Shown here: positions 33,354 through 44,719 of the stretch, piece by piece
How positions within the stretch are numbered: position 1 is the stretch's first letter
Layout: each line of letters starts with the position of its first letter
Source: an uncultured Pseudomonadota bacterium
GTDB lineage: Bacteria; Oederibacteriota; Muellerivitia; Muellerivitales; Muellerivitaceae
Reading direction: 5' to 3'
Length of the DNA stretch: 64,000 nucleotides
Assembly: GCA_963843375.1 (NCBI GenBank)
Contig: CAWJKT010000001.1
Span: 192,001 to 256,000, forward strand
Notes under the pieces: model-generated
The model's input: the letters and a program-made list of their open reading frames with translations, nothing else
Database searches by the model: none
Told to the model about the DNA's origin: nothing
Made by a program: the position numbers and the translations under genes

Positions 33354-33671
33354 TTAGTTGACGAGTTTGTTTACATCGGGACGCTTCGGCGGATCATTCG
33401 CCGGGCGGGTTGGCACCGGAGGATTGTTTTTGAAAGTGGGGGCCAATTCGGCATTGATCTTTCCGTACTCCGGATCTTTGTCCACGCCTTCCACGATTGC
33501 GCCGATTGGGCATGCGGAATAGCAACTGGTGCACTCAGTGCACTCTTCGGGGTTAATAATCATGAAGGGCTGACCCTTATATTCCCCGGGATGAATACAA
33601 TTCACGGGACATACATCTACGCATTGGGCATAAACCTCACCTAAGCACTTCTCGGTAATGACATACGGCAT
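33354..33671 (-). CDS. Ferredoxin (7Fe-type dicluster pattern)
   Basis: MPYVITEKC-x7-CVDVCP and CTECTSCYSACP; AGGAGG RBS. Confidence 0.88.
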   Translation of the reverse strand: MPYVITEKCLGEVYAQCVDVCPVNCIHPGEYKGQPFMIINPEECTECTSCYSACPIGAIVEGVDKDPEYGKINAELAPTFKNNPPVPTRPANDPPKRPDVNKLVN

Positions 33672-33973
33672 GACTTCCTCCTTCAAGATTCACTCTCCCA
33701 TGCTCGGGAGGGGTCTGGCTTCTTCTGTTCCTAAAAAAGCTTGGGTAGTTTAGAAGAGAGAAGCTTTCTTTCGCAAGACCATTTTTGATTTTTTTGGGCT
33801 TAAATGGGGTCTTTACGAGACTTTAACTGAATGGTAGTTTGAGGGAGCCGAATAGGTTTCACTTATGCCTTTCGGCTCATTTATTCGAACTTACCTAGCT
33901 GTGACATTGAAAGCTTATCGGGTCAGCCTTAAATTTTTCCCATCAAACCAAGGCGAGCCCTATGAAAGAAAAC

Positions 33974-35131
33974 ATGGCTAACAAAAAAGATTATTACGAT
34001 TTACTGGGTGTTTCCAAAACCGCTTCAGCCGATGACCTGAAAAAGGCCTATCGGAACATGGCTAAAAAGTATCATCCTGACGCTAACCCCAACAATAAGG
34101 AATCTGAGGAAAGGTTTAAGGAAATAAACGAAGCTTACGAGGTCTTGTCCGATCCCCAAAAGAAAAACGCCTATGATCAATTTGGACATGCGGGAGTAGG
34201 TGCGGGTGGACCCGGGGGCTTCAGTGGCGGTGGATTCCGATCGCAGGATTTCGGGAATGCCGCGGATTTTGAGGACATCTTCGGTGACGTTTTCAGCAAT
34301 TTCTTCGGAGGCAGCCAGCCGGGGCGGGGGGGCCGTGGAACGCAAGCGCAGGAAGGTGATGATCTTCGTTTTGACTTAAATCTTTCGTTCGAAGAAGCGG
34401 CTTTCGGAACAACGAAAGAAATTAAAGTTCAAAAATTATCTACATGCGAGTCCTGCCATGGTTCAGGGGCGAAGCCCGGTTCGGGAAGAGTGGTATGCCC
34501 GACGTGCAAAGGGGTTGGCCAGATTCGATCGACCCAAGGTTTTTTTACTATCGCCCGCACTTGCACCCGTTGCGGGGGTCAAGGTGAAATGCCGGGAAGC
34601 CCCTGTCCAACTTGCCATGGGCATGGCCGGTTGGAAAAAGAAAAAGTAATTTCCGTAAAGGTTCCCCCTGGAGTGGATGAAGGTTCAAGATTGCGTTTAA
34701 GGAGTGAGGGCGAAGCGGGGTTGAATGGGGGAACAGCGGGGGATCTTTATGTTTTCCTTCACGTGGAGGCCCATGATTTTTTTGAAAGAGACGGCAGCGA
34801 CCTCCACTGCGAAATTCCTATTTCGTTCGTTCAGGCTGCTCTTGGAACTGAAATCGAAGTGCCTACTCTGGAAGGCCCGGTCAAAATGAAAATTCCGGCC
34901 GGAACCCAATCGGGAAAAGTTTTTCGCTTGAGGGAAAAAGGTCTCAAGAGCCCTCAAAGCGCGAATGTCGGCGATTTGTTGGTGGCGGTGACCGTGGAAA
35001 CGCCAACCGACTTGAATTCCAAACAAAAAAAAATGCTGGAAGAATTCGAAGCTCTTTCAAATGAAAGCAACACCCCTCAAATTTCAAAATTCATGAACCG
35101 AATGAAAAATCTTTTTGCGCGAAAAAAATAA
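33974..35131 (+). CDS. dnaJ: Chaperone DnaJ
   Basis: HPD J-domain, G/F region, four CxxCxGxG. Confidence 0.97.
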   Translation: MANKKDYYDLLGVSKTASADDLKKAYRNMAKKYHPDANPNNKESEERFKEINEAYEVLSDPQKKNAYDQFGHAGVGAGGPGGFSGGGFRSQDFGNAADFEDIFGDVFSNFFGGSQPGRGGRGTQAQEGDDLRFDLNLSFEEAAFGTTKEIKVQKLSTCESCHGSGAKPGSGRVVCPTCKGVGQIRSTQGFFTIARTCTRCGGQGEMPGSPCPTCHGHGRLEKEKVISVKVPPGVDEGSRLRLRSEGEAGLNGGTAGDLYVFLHVEAHDFFERDGSDLHCEIPISFVQAALGTEIEVPTLEGPVKMKIPAGTQSGKVFRLREKGLKSPQSANVGDLLVAVTVETPTDLNSKQKKMLEEFEALSNESNTPQISKFMNRMKNLFARKK

Positions 35132-35179
35132 TTTTTTAAAGAAGATTAAGTTTTCGATCTTAAATAAAGGCTTGATGAA

Positions 35180-35929
35180 ATGAGCTTTATACCAAGGCTT
35201 TTCTTGCCAATGGTTCCCGAAAACCAGCAGGAAATCACTTTGGATGAATCGGCTTCGCGATATCTGGTCAAGGTGCTTCGCTTTACCAAAGGATCGATCT
35301 TTAAAGGATTTGATTCCCAAGGCCGGCAGTATGATTTGGCCTTGAAAGAGACAGATGCAAAACAAGCCATTGCTTCCGTCGTAGCTCGCCACGAAAAAAA
35401 TTCGATTAGCGCGGGTGTTTTTGTCGCATTGGGGCAAAGTTTGCCAAAAGCCGGGAAAATGGACTTGATCCTCCGGCAAGCCACCGAAGCGGGTGTAAAC
35501 CGCTTTATTCCCCTTGTGACGCAAAGAAGCATTTCGCGACCGAATGTTGCCCAATACGATCACAAAATCGATCGATGGCAAAAAATTTTAAAGGAAGCTT
35601 GCAGACAAAGCGGGAGGAACGACGTTCCTAAATTAGATTCGGTGGCTGATTGGTCAGAAGCCTTGAAATTGTTCGGTGAATTCGATCAGGTTTTATTACC
35701 GTACGAAAAGGAAGCCCCAACATTAAAAACGGTATTGGTTTCAAATCCTTCTGCGGTAAAAATTTTAGTTTTGGTAGGGCCTGAGGGAGGGTGGGCAAAA
35801 GAAGAAGTGCGCGAAGCCGAGGAAAAGGGAGCCGCACCGGTGCATTTACCAACACCTATCCTTAGAACTGAAACCGCAGGGATCGCTATCGTTTCAATGA
35901 TTCGATTTTTTTACACCTCATCACCGTAA
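35180..35929 (+). CDS. rsmE: 16S rRNA m3U1498 methyltransferase
   Basis: KVLR, EACRQSGR, VGPEGG, ILRTETA. Confidence 0.93.
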   Translation: MSFIPRLFLPMVPENQQEITLDESASRYLVKVLRFTKGSIFKGFDSQGRQYDLALKETDAKQAIASVVARHEKNSISAGVFVALGQSLPKAGKMDLILRQATEAGVNRFIPLVTQRSISRPNVAQYDHKIDRWQKILKEACRQSGRNDVPKLDSVADWSEALKLFGEFDQVLLPYEKEAPTLKTVLVSNPSAVKILVLVGPEGGWAKEEVREAEEKGAAPVHLPTPILRTETAGIAIVSMIRFFYTSSP

Positions 35930-35937
35930 AGGCCCAA

Positions 35938-36816
35938 ATGAAACTTCTTAAACTTCAAGGAAACCATGGCATTAAAGGCGCCGATCATTTGGTTTTTATC
36001 CTTGGTCATCCCCTAGGACATACCCTTTCCCCTCTCATGCACAACGCGGCATTTCGAGCCGTGGGGCTGCCTTGGTTTTATGCCCCATTGGATATCGCCT
36101 TAAGTGAAATTAAAAAAGGAATGGAAATTCTCCTTTCCCCCAACGTTTATGGTGCCAATATTACGGTTCCTTATAAAGAAACGGTGATGCCATATTTGGA
36201 CCAGGTTGAAAAAGAGGCCCAGTGGTTAGGCTCGGTCAACACAATCTATCGTAGAGAGAAAAAGATTATTGGAACTTCCACTGATGGTGAGGGTTTTTTA
36301 AGATCCTTGGGCGATTGGCGGAAAAAACTTCGAGGTTCAAGGGGTTTGTTGATAGGCGCCGGAGGCGCAGCTAAGGCTGTCGCGGGCGCTTTGGCCCAAT
36401 CGGGCGTAAAGGAATTTTATATCGCCAACCGATCTCCAGAGAGAGCTGCGCAGTTGGTTCGAATACTTTTAAAACACTATCCCAGTCTTAAAATAGGCAC
36501 TGTTTCCCTGAAAGAGGGGGAAAATATTTTGACTCGGTGTGATTGGGTGGTTCAGGCAACAGCTGTTGGTCTAAAGGAAAAGGATACTTCTTTAATATCT
36601 CTTAAGGGCGCTCGAAAAGAGACCTTGGTGATTGACCTTATCTATCACCGAGAGACAAATTTCTTGAAAGAGGCCCATCGTCGTCGGTTACCAAATTTAA
36701 GCGGGATAGGAATGCTTTTGCACCAAGGCGCTCTTTCTTTCGAGTGTTGGACCGGGGAAAAGGCCCCATTGACGGTGATGCATAAGGTCTTGATGAACCA
36801 TTTGGCATCCCGGTAA
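35938..36816 (+). CDS. aroE: Shikimate dehydrogenase
   Basis: HTLSPLMHN, NITVPYK, VNT, GAGGAA, MLLHQGA. Confidence 0.93.
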   Translation: MKLLKLQGNHGIKGADHLVFILGHPLGHTLSPLMHNAAFRAVGLPWFYAPLDIALSEIKKGMEILLSPNVYGANITVPYKETVMPYLDQVEKEAQWLGSVNTIYRREKKIIGTSTDGEGFLRSLGDWRKKLRGSRGLLIGAGGAAKAVAGALAQSGVKEFYIANRSPERAAQLVRILLKHYPSLKIGTVSLKEGENILTRCDWVVQATAVGLKEKDTSLISLKGARKETLVIDLIYHRETNFLKEAHRRRLPNLSGIGMLLHQGALSFECWTGEKAPLTVMHKVLMNHLASR

Positions 36817-36845
36817 CCGTTTGGCCCAGCTTTCGGTGACAAACG

Positions 36846-36874
36846 TTGACTTCGATTTTTTTCGATTCTATACT
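36846..36874 (+). promoter_or_regulatory. sigma70 promoter upstream of pilB
   Basis: TTGACT-N17-TATACT. Confidence 0.6.
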
Positions 36875-36924
36875 TCTTTTGTTATGCTGGTTCTAGTCCA
36901 ATTTCTACCCATCCGAGGTTTCCA

Positions 36925-38700
36925 ATGCCTGAATCCATGAAGAAACGCCTGGGCGAAATGTTGGTGGATGAGGGCATTATCTCAGAAGAACAGCTTCAAG
37001 AAGCGCTCCACGAGCAGAAAATCAAGGGCGGCCGTCTTGAAAAAATTCTTATTAGTCAGGGTTACGTCACCCAAGACGTAATTATGGCTTTTGTGGGAAC
37101 CCAGCTTGGAATTCCTCATGTGAGTCTCATCGAAATTGGAGATATTCCTAATGATGTTGTTTTTTCTGTTCCTGAGTCCATCGCCATTAATCATTGTTTA
37201 ATCCCCATTGTTAAAAAAGACAAAAAACTTACCGTTGCCATGGCTGATCCGCTCAACGTTTTCGCTATCGATGACATCAAAATGATGACAGGTTTCGAGG
37301 TGGAACCTGCCATTGCAAGCGAAACCGAAATTAAAGCGATGCATTCGAAATATTACGGAACCGCAGCAGGCGGCTCCGGGTCGAGCGGCGGCGGCGGGGG
37401 CGGCGAAGTCGGCGGCGACATGCAGGAAATTATCAATTCCATGGGTGGCGGCGACAACCTAGAAGTAATGGAAGAAAAAAACGAGGAGATCGATATTTCC
37501 AAGTTGGAGGCGGCCGGAGAAGACGCTCCTGTCGTGCGCTTGGTAAACCTTGTTTTAACGGAAGCCGTAAGGGCGGGAGCAAGCGATATTCATATTGAGC
37601 CTTATGAAAGGAACCTTCGTTGTCGTTACCGAATTGACGGCGTCCTTCACGAGGTGCAATCACCTCCAAAGTCTTTATCGGCAGCTATTTCTTCTCGTCT
37701 AAAGATTATGTCTTCCCTGGATATTGCCGAACGGCGTTTACCCCAAGATGGACGTATTAAAATCAAGGTTTTGGGAAAAGAAATCGACCTTCGTGTTTCC
37801 GTTTGTCCCGTTCAATTTGGTGAGAAAATAGTAATGCGTATTTTGGATTCATCGAACTTATCCTTGGATCTGCCAAAGCTGGGTTTTGAGGACGATATTT
37901 TACCCAAATTTGAAAAGGCCATTGTAGAGCCTTATGGTTTGGTTTTAGTTACCGGCCCAACGGGTTCCGGTAAGTCAACCACGCTTTATTCCGCTCTGCA
38001 CTACATCAATAATCCTGATACCAATATTTCAACAATTGAAGACCCGGTGGAATATAACCTTCCAGGAATTAATCAAGTTAACGCCAAGGCAGGTATTGGA
38101 TTAACTTTTGCCGCCGGATTGCGGTCCTTCTTGCGCCAGGATCCGGATGTGATCATGGTGGGAGAAATTCGCGATAAAGAAACCGCTGAAATCGCCATTA
38201 ACGCTGCCTTAACTGGCCACTTGGTATTCTCGACTTTACATACCAATGATGCTCCTGGGGCCGTCACTCGCATGGGAAACATGGGTGTCGAGCCATTTCT
38301 TATTACCTCCACCGTACACTGCGTAGTTGCTCAACGTTTACTTCGACGTATTTGCAAAGATTGCAAGGAAACTTATGAGGCCCCGGATGAAGTTCTCGAA
38401 GAAATGGGAATTAATCCGAGTGTCGGGTGAAAGGGTGAACTTTGTATCGGCGGAGTGGGATGTGCGACATGTTCCAACACGGGTTATAAAGGACGTATGG
38501 CGATTCATGAAGTCATGATTTTGACGGAAGAGTTTAAAAAAGGCGTTCTGCAAAGAAAAACCGCTTCCGATCTTAAGAAAATCGCCCGGGCAGGAGGAAT
38601 GCAGACTTTGAGGGAATGTGGTGTGAAGAAGGTTTTAAAAGGAATGACGTCAGTTGAAGAACTTTTGCGTGTGGCGCACGCTGATTCGGACGAAGAATAA
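36925..38700 (+). CDS. pilB: Type IV pilus assembly ATPase with MshEN-like N-terminus (frameshift near 38430)
   Basis: RLGEML, ERRLPQDG, GPTGSGKS, LRQDPD, CKDC; second CxxC and the C-terminus are in ORF 38455..38700. Confidence 0.92.
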
Positions 38701-38735
38701 AGCAATTATATTGTAAAAGGAGACAGATAGATTTT

Positions 38736-39800
38736 ATGGTCAACATTGATACGCTTTTAAGACTAATGTTTGAAAGGGGAGCTTCTGATCTTCATATCAC
38801 TGCCGGAGCGCCCCCCATGCTTCGAATTGACGGTGTTATGACGGCCACTGAGTATGAAAAGCTTCGTCCGGAAACAACCCAACAGCTTATCTATAGCATT
38901 TTAACGGATGAGCAAAAAGAGAAATTCGAGAAGGACAATGAGCTTGACGTTTCTTTTGGCGTTGAAGGAGTAGGCCGTGTTCGTATGAATGTTTATCAAC
39001 AACGGGGTGCGGTTGCGGCGGCCTTGCGGAATATTCCAACTTCTATTCGAACGTTCGAGGATTTGAAACTTCCGCAGATTGCCCAAGATATCGTGAAATT
39101 GCCGAAGGGATTAGTTTTGGTCACTGGGCCAACGGGTTCGGGTAAATCAACGACTTTGGCGGCAATGCTGGATTGGATTAACACCAATCAACAACACCAC
39201 ATTATTACTATAGAGGATCCCATTGAGTATGTCCATACTCATAAATCCTGCATCGTTAATCAAAGAGAGGTTGGGACGGATACCCATACTTTTACATCGG
39301 CTTTGAAATATGCTTTGCGCCAGGACCCGGATGTCATTCTCATCGGTGAAATGCGCGATTTGGAAACCGTAAATGCTGCCTTGACCATTGCCGAAACAGG
39401 TCATTTGGTTTTCGCCACTTTGCATACGGTCGATGCGATCCAAACAATCAACCGAATCATTGACGTTTTTCCCGCGGGCCAACAACAGCAAATTCGTGCC
39501 CAGATATCTTTCGTGCTTCAGGCGGTGCTGTCTCAGCAACTATTGCCGAAGGCTTATGGATCGGGCCGATGCCTTGCGTTGGAAGTCCTCATTCCGACAG
39601 CGGCTATTCGGAATCTTATTCGTGAGGAGAAAATCCACCAAATTTATTCGTCCATGCAAACGGGTACGGAGTATGGAATGCAGACAATGAATCAATCTTT
39701 ATTCGAACTTTATCAAAAGCAACTTGTGAGTTATAACGAAATTTTCTCCCGGACTTTGGATCCCAAAGAACTACAGCGAATGGTGAAGGGTGTTATTTAA
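38736..39800 (+). CDS. pilT: Type IV pilus retraction ATPase
   Basis: GASDLH, GPTGSGKS, QREVG, AIRNLIRE, GMQTM. Confidence 0.95.
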   Translation: MVNIDTLLRLMFERGASDLHITAGAPPMLRIDGVMTATEYEKLRPETTQQLIYSILTDEQKEKFEKDNELDVSFGVEGVGRVRMNVYQQRGAVAAALRNIPTSIRTFEDLKLPQIAQDIVKLPKGLVLVTGPTGSGKSTTLAAMLDWINTNQQHHIITIEDPIEYVHTHKSCIVNQREVGTDTHTFTSALKYALRQDPDVILIGEMRDLETVNAALTIAETGHLVFATLHTVDAIQTINRIIDVFPAGQQQQIRAQISFVLQAVLSQQLLPKAYGSGRCLALEVLIPTAAIRNLIREEKIHQIYSSMQTGTEYGMQTMNQSLFELYQKQLVSYNEIFSRTLDPKELQRMVKGVI

Positions 39801-39836
39801 TTTCACGCAGTTTTCCTTAACTTGGAAAGGTTTAAA

Positions 39837-41057
39837 ATGCCAAATTTCAAATATAAAGCCCGAAATAATATGGGCAAAGTTATTGAAGGAACCATCGTTG
39901 CTGAAAATGAAGCCGGTGTAGCGTCCGCACTTCGCCAAAAAAGATTGGAGGTTGTTTCAGCTTCTCCCGGCCGGTGGATTGGGTTCAATTTGGGCACGCT
40001 ATAAATAAAAAAGGGGGAAAGGTAACTACAAAAGACATTGTCGTTTTTAGCCGCCAGTTTTCCACGATGGTGAACGCGGGATTGCCTATCCTTCAAGGGT
40101 TGACGATTGTGGCCGAGCAAGCAGAAAATCCGGATTTTCGCGCTGTTATGACGAAAGTTCGGGACGATATTTCCAATGGCGTGCCACTTTCCGATGCGAT
40201 GGCAAAATATCCAAAAGTTTTTAGCACTCTTTATGTCAATATGGTTAAGGCGGGTGAACAGGGTGGTATTTTGGATATTATTTTTGAGAGACTTTCGGAA
40301 TATATGGAGAAAGCAGAGGGTGTTACGAGAAAAGTAAAATCCGCCATGATGTATCCCGTAGTCGTGATGTCAGTGGCTTGTTTGGTGGTGATTTTTTTGA
40401 TGGTAAAAGTGGTTCCGACCTTTCGCGATGTTTTTGCATCTTTTGGGGCAAAATTGCCTGCTCCAACCCAATTTCTAATTGATGTTAGTGATTTTTTGGC
40501 AAGTAAAAAATCCCTTCTCATAGTTGTTTTTATGGTTGTAGCTTGGTTTGTTATCACCATGTATCGAAAAACTAAAGCAGGAGCTTACAATTGGGATAAA
40601 ATGATTTTGAGCCTTCCCGTTTTCGGGGTTTTGGTTCAAAAGGCCGCTGTGGCGAAGTTTGCCCGAACCTTGGGAACCTTGATCAAGTCCGGTGTTCCTA
40701 TCATGGATGCATTAGAAACAGTCGCTAAAACTTCTGGTAATCTTGTCTATGGAAAGGGCTGTTTTCAATGCCCGAGATTCTGTAAGAGAAGGAAAGACCC
40801 TAACGCAACCTTTAAAAGAGAGCAAAGTTTTTCCGCCAATGGTAACCCAAATGATAAATGTGGGTGAGGAAACTGGAGCTTTGGACACAATGTTGAGCAA
40901 AATTGCAGATTTTTATGAGGATGAAGTGGATGCTGCGGTTGAGGGTTTAACCTCAATTATCGAGCCCATTTTGATTGTTTTTTTGGGCGTCACAATTGGT
41001 TTTATAGTTGTTGCTATGTTTATGCCAATGTTTGAAATTGGAAATGCTGTTGGTTGA
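39837..41057 (+). CDS. pilC: Type IV pilus platform protein (frameshifts near 39980 and 40750)
   Basis: MPNFKYKAR, FSRQFSTMVNAG, KSAMMYP, VGEETGAL, IEP, AMFMPMF across three ORF fragments. Confidence 0.9.
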
Positions 41058-41077
41058 ATTCATGGGCTTTGGATAAG

Positions 41078-41106
41078 TTGACAAGCCCTTTTTTAAACGA
41101 TAAAAT
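41078..41106 (+). promoter_or_regulatory. sigma70 promoter for the pilin gene
   Basis: TTGACA-N17-TAAAAT followed by a GGGAGG RBS. Confidence 0.7.
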
Positions 41107-41175
41107 TGAGTCTGAGCTAAAGTTAGAAGGGTCATATGTGTTTAAAGACTTAGCTTAAATTAAAGGGAGGTTTTT

Positions 41176-41633
41176 ATGATTCGTTTGAAAGCAAAAGGTT
41201 TTACGTTGATTGAGCTGATGATCGTTGTCGCGATTATCGGTATTTTGGCTGCCATTGCTATTCCCCGATTTGCCCAAATGTTGGAAAAGTCGAGAGAAGG
41301 GTCGACCAAGGGTAACTTGGGAAGCTTAAAATCAGCGGCTTCTATTTATTATGGTGACCAACAAGGGATTTGGCCGACGACTTTGCAATCCTATAGTGGT
41401 TATGCGTTCAGCCGCTATTTGGATAATATCTCGCCGGTTAAGGTTACTGGAGCTTTCGTTGCAGGAGCTGTCGAGCCCAGCTGGAGACTTAGTCACGCAT
41501 GACGACCATGAGTTCGGTTCCTACTGGAAGCAACACGGGATGGTTATATGACAGTAATTTTGGAAGCGTGTACGTGAATAGCACCGTACAGGATTCCAAA
41601 AGCATTCCGTATTCTTTCTATGGATTTGAATGA
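41176..41633 (+). CDS. Type IV prepilin, probable major pilin (two +1 indels near 41473 and 41498)
   Basis: [24 protein letters not shown]. Reconstructed C-terminus ...[31 protein letters not shown]. It has its own promoter and terminator. Confidence 0.85.
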
Positions 41634-41668
41634 TTTAGGCTAGGTAGGGTTTGAAAAATTTTATGTTT

Positions 41669-41710
41669 AACAAACAATGGGTGGCATGTAGCCGCCCATT
41701 GTTTGTTTTA
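41669..41710 (+). terminator. Intrinsic terminator after the pilin
   Basis: AACAAACAATGGGTGGC-ATGTA-GCCGCCCATTGTTTGTTTT. Confidence 0.75.
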
Positions 41711-42060
41711 TTCATAAAAATTTTGGGGTGATTTTATCCGAACTGCGATAATTCTACTCTTCCCAATTGTATTGGGTTTTAGTGTTTATAATTTTTTGAA
41801 TTTATGTTTTTTTTGCTGGAAAGGTAGAAATCGAGTTTCTTTCCAACTTTTCCAGGTTTTTTTCTTCTGGGCGAAAAAGCCGTTCTTCGGTTTTGAAATA
41901 CTCCAAAATTTAATCTTTGTGCCTGCGAAGCTTTCTTTTGTCGGAATTCCATTTCGAGACAATTTATTGGATGTTGAATCTTCGATTTTAAATCACTTTT
42001 GTCAAAGAGAATTTAAACCGCGCAAAGTTTTTTTGAATTACCTAAGGTGAGAAATATTTT

Positions 42061-43164
42061 ATGAGCCTTTTTTCAAAATCAATAGTCGGCTTGGATGTTG
42101 GAACTTCCAGCGTCAAGATCGTCCAACTTAAATTTTCTGGTAAACAATGGCAGCTGGTGGCAGTTGGAATGGCCGATATGCCGAGTAAAGATTCTCTGGA
42201 TATCAAAAACTCAGATGCCCAACGTTCTGTAACTATTGAAACCATAAAACGCGTATTTAAAGAAAGCGGAATAAAAAACAAAAAAGTAGTGACGGCCCTT
42301 TCGGGTGATTCGGTAATTATTCGTTATGTGAAACTCCCGTTTATGACGGCTGAAGAGCTTCGAAATTCAATTCCCAAAGAAGCCGAACAATATATTCCGT
42401 TAAACATCGACCAGGTTGTTCTTGATTTTCAAATTTTGGGTGAAACACAGGAAGATGGGCAACGAAAATTAGATGTCTTGTTAGTGGCGGCGAAAGTTGA
42501 TGTTGTGGATCAACATATCCTAATGCTTAAATCGGCTGGATTGACTCCGGCGGTGATAGATATTGATGCCTTTGCTTTACAAAATGCCTTTGAAATTAAC
42601 CGGTTGGAACCCAGTGAAGAAACCGTTGCGTTGCTTAATATGGGCGCTTCGTTAACGACGATCAACATTCTCGAAGGTAACAATACTAGGTTTACAAGAG
42701 ATATTCCTGTAGCTGGGAATGATTTTACAAAAGAGATTCAAAAAGAATTTAATTTAAAGTTCTCTGAAGCAGAAGAATTGAAAAAATCCCATGGAGCAAT
42801 TTCCATGGAGGAGGATGATTTTAATCTGTCTTCCGTTTCTCAAAAAGATGACCGAGTTTTAAGGATGTCCGATGTCATAACGCCGGTCCTTAACAAGCTT
42901 TTGGGTGAAATTCGACGGTCGTTTGACTACTATGAAACCCAGGCGCGCAAAAAAACGGTTGAAAGAGTAATGCTATTGGGTGGAAGCGCGAGGCTGAAAA
43001 ATGTTAATCGATTCTTAGCCAACAAATTGGGAATTCCTGTTGAGTACTTTTCAACCTTTCGTAATGTAGAGTCTCAAAAGAGTATTGATTTAGAACAATT
43101 GGCCGAAAAGGAATATCATATGGGGGTTTGCTTGGGTTTGGCTTTGCGCCAAGTGGATTCTTAA
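42061..43164 (+). CDS. pilM: Type IV pilus assembly protein PilM
   Basis: VGLDVGTSSVK actin-like motif, IPLNIDQVVLDF, LLVAA, GLALR. Confidence 0.93.
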   Translation: MSLFSKSIVGLDVGTSSVKIVQLKFSGKQWQLVAVGMADMPSKDSLDIKNSDAQRSVTIETIKRVFKESGIKNKKVVTALSGDSVIIRYVKLPFMTAEELRNSIPKEAEQYIPLNIDQVVLDFQILGETQEDGQRKLDVLLVAAKVDVVDQHILMLKSAGLTPAVIDIDAFALQNAFEINRLEPSEETVALLNMGASLTTINILEGNNTRFTRDIPVAGNDFTKEIQKEFNLKFSEAEELKKSHGAISMEEDDFNLSSVSQKDDRVLRMSDVITPVLNKLLGEIRRSFDYYETQARKKTVERVMLLGGSARLKNVNRFLANKLGIPVEYFSTFRNVESQKSIDLEQLAEKEYHMGVCLGLALRQVDS

Positions 43165-43167
43165 ACA

Positions 43168-43737
43168 ATGATCACCATAAATTTAGTTCCTGTCAAAGAA
43201 CGGAAAAAGCGGAAAGATATTCTGATTATCTTTTCGGTTGCATCCGTTTTTCTGTTTATTGTTTTGATTATGGCTTACATCTATTTGCAGCGATTGAGCG
43301 TAGCCAGCAATTTAAATAAGCAAATTGACGATGTTAAAAAGGAATCAGAGGGTTACCAAGACAAAATAAACGAAGTCAAGGAATTTGAAAATAAACAAGC
43401 AAGTGTTGATTCCTTTAAAAAAACAATAACCGGCATTTCTGAAACACAAAGAAAAATTCTTGTGGCATTTGATCAAATGGGGGTCAATTTACCTGATGGA
43501 GTTTGGTTGACTGGTATCACACAAGGGTCGGGAAAGGACGAAAATGTATTTTCGATCCAAGGATATTCTTTTACCGAGGAAAGCTTACAAACTTATTGTT
43601 CGAATCTTCAAAGGCCGGCCGGTTTGCTAAAGGATGTTGCCGTGGATGAAAAAACTTCAGTGGTGGCGGTAGGTACGGCAAGAAATAAGATCCATAAATT
43701 CCAAATTAATTTTAGAGTGATGGATCAAGGCACATGA
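43168..43737 (+). CDS. pilN: Type IV pilus assembly protein PilN
   Basis: INLVP N-terminal motif, TM, coiled coil, LPDGVWLT. Confidence 0.88.
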   Translation: MITINLVPVKERKKRKDILIIFSVASVFLFIVLIMAYIYLQRLSVASNLNKQIDDVKKESEGYQDKINEVKEFENKQASVDSFKKTITGISETQRKILVAFDQMGVNLPDGVWLTGITQGSGKDENVFSIQGYSFTEESLQTYCSNLQRPAGLLKDVAVDEKTSVVAVGTARNKIHKFQINFRVMDQGT

Positions 43738-44285
43738 AAATAACACCGCTGCAACAATATATTATCTTAGGTGTGTTTGCTTTTTTGGGTCTTGTTTTTC
43801 TTTACTATCAATTTTTATTAAAACCCATCAACAATAAAATAGTAGCGGCTCAAACGGAACTGGACGGAAAAAAGAAAGATTTAGAAGAAGCTAAAATGAT
43901 TGTTGCTAAATATGTTGAATTTAAAAAACGAGAAGATTCAATTCAACGAGAACTCGAATGGATTCAAAATAGGATACCCAAAACAATCGAAAAGACAAAA
44001 TTGGTGGAAGCTATAACTTTTCTGCAAAGTCGCTCTGGCGTCCTGCTAACGAGTTTCACCATTACTCCTCCGGCTTCTAAAGACACCTATACTGAAATAC
44101 CGATTAATATTCAGTTGCGTTCTGATTTTAAAGGACTGATGAATTTCCTTTATCAATTAAGCACTTCTAATCTATTGATGACTGCTCGTGGATTAAGGGT
44201 GCTTCCTTACGCACCAACCTCTACGGATGATCCGAAACTGTCATTGTCGGCCCAAATCATAGTTAGCGGAGTTCAAGCGAAATAA
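43734..44285 (+). CDS. pilO: Type IV pilus assembly protein PilO
   Basis: TM plus coiled coil, YTEIPINI; operon position. Confidence 0.85.
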   Translation: MKITPLQQYIILGVFAFLGLVFLYYQFLLKPINNKIVAAQTELDGKKKDLEEAKMIVAKYVEFKKREDSIQRELEWIQNRIPKTIEKTKLVEAITFLQSRSGVLLTSFTITPPASKDTYTEIPINIQLRSDFKGLMNFLYQLSTSNLLMTARGLRVLPYAPTSTDDPKLSLSAQIIVSGVQAK

Positions 44286-44704
44286 TGTGGAATAAAAATT
44301 TTTTAAATAAATACTATTTCCTAGTGGTCGCCATCTTTCTTTTAACTATTGTGGTCCACGCACAGCAGCAAGATGTGCCGGAGCCCGTTTTTGTTAACTT
44401 TTCAATTCAACCCCCTTATGTTCCGGTTTATCATGGCAGGGATCCCTTTAAGCCTTTGGATAATGTAAATCGGTCTCCTCAAATTTCAATCTCTGAATTA
44501 GAGTATCATGGTGTTATAGTCATAGCGGGGAATCCAATGGCCTTATTTACCTGGCGCGGGAACCAAGCTGTTCGATATACCCTTAAATATAGAAGATTGT
44601 ATAACGATGCCGATGTGGAAGTTGATGGGGTGGTAGGAGATATTGCGGAATCTGAGATTACCTTGATTCAAGGTGACCAAAAAGTTGATTATCCAAGGAA
44701 ATGA
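44285..44704 (+). CDS. PilP-like protein
   Basis: GRDPFKP motif; lies between pilO and pilQ. Confidence 0.7.
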   Translation: MWNKNFLNKYYFLVVAIFLLTIVVHAQQQDVPEPVFVNFSIQPPYVPVYHGRDPFKPLDNVNRSPQISISELEYHGVIVIAGNPMALFTWRGNQAVRYTLKYRRLYNDADVEVDGVVGDIAESEITLIQGDQKVDYPRK

Positions 44705-44719
44705 AAAGGAGACCATAAG

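Noticed and set aside
33690..33960. CIRCE heat-shock operator upstream of dnaJ
   Set aside because: No TTAGCACTC-N9-GAGTGCTAA; only a generic hairpin (GAGCCGAA...TTCGGCTC).
41772..42050. 92-aa ORF between pilin and pilM
   Set aside because: TTG start, no RBS, Phe-rich composition expected from T-rich intergenic DNA, and no recognisable motif.
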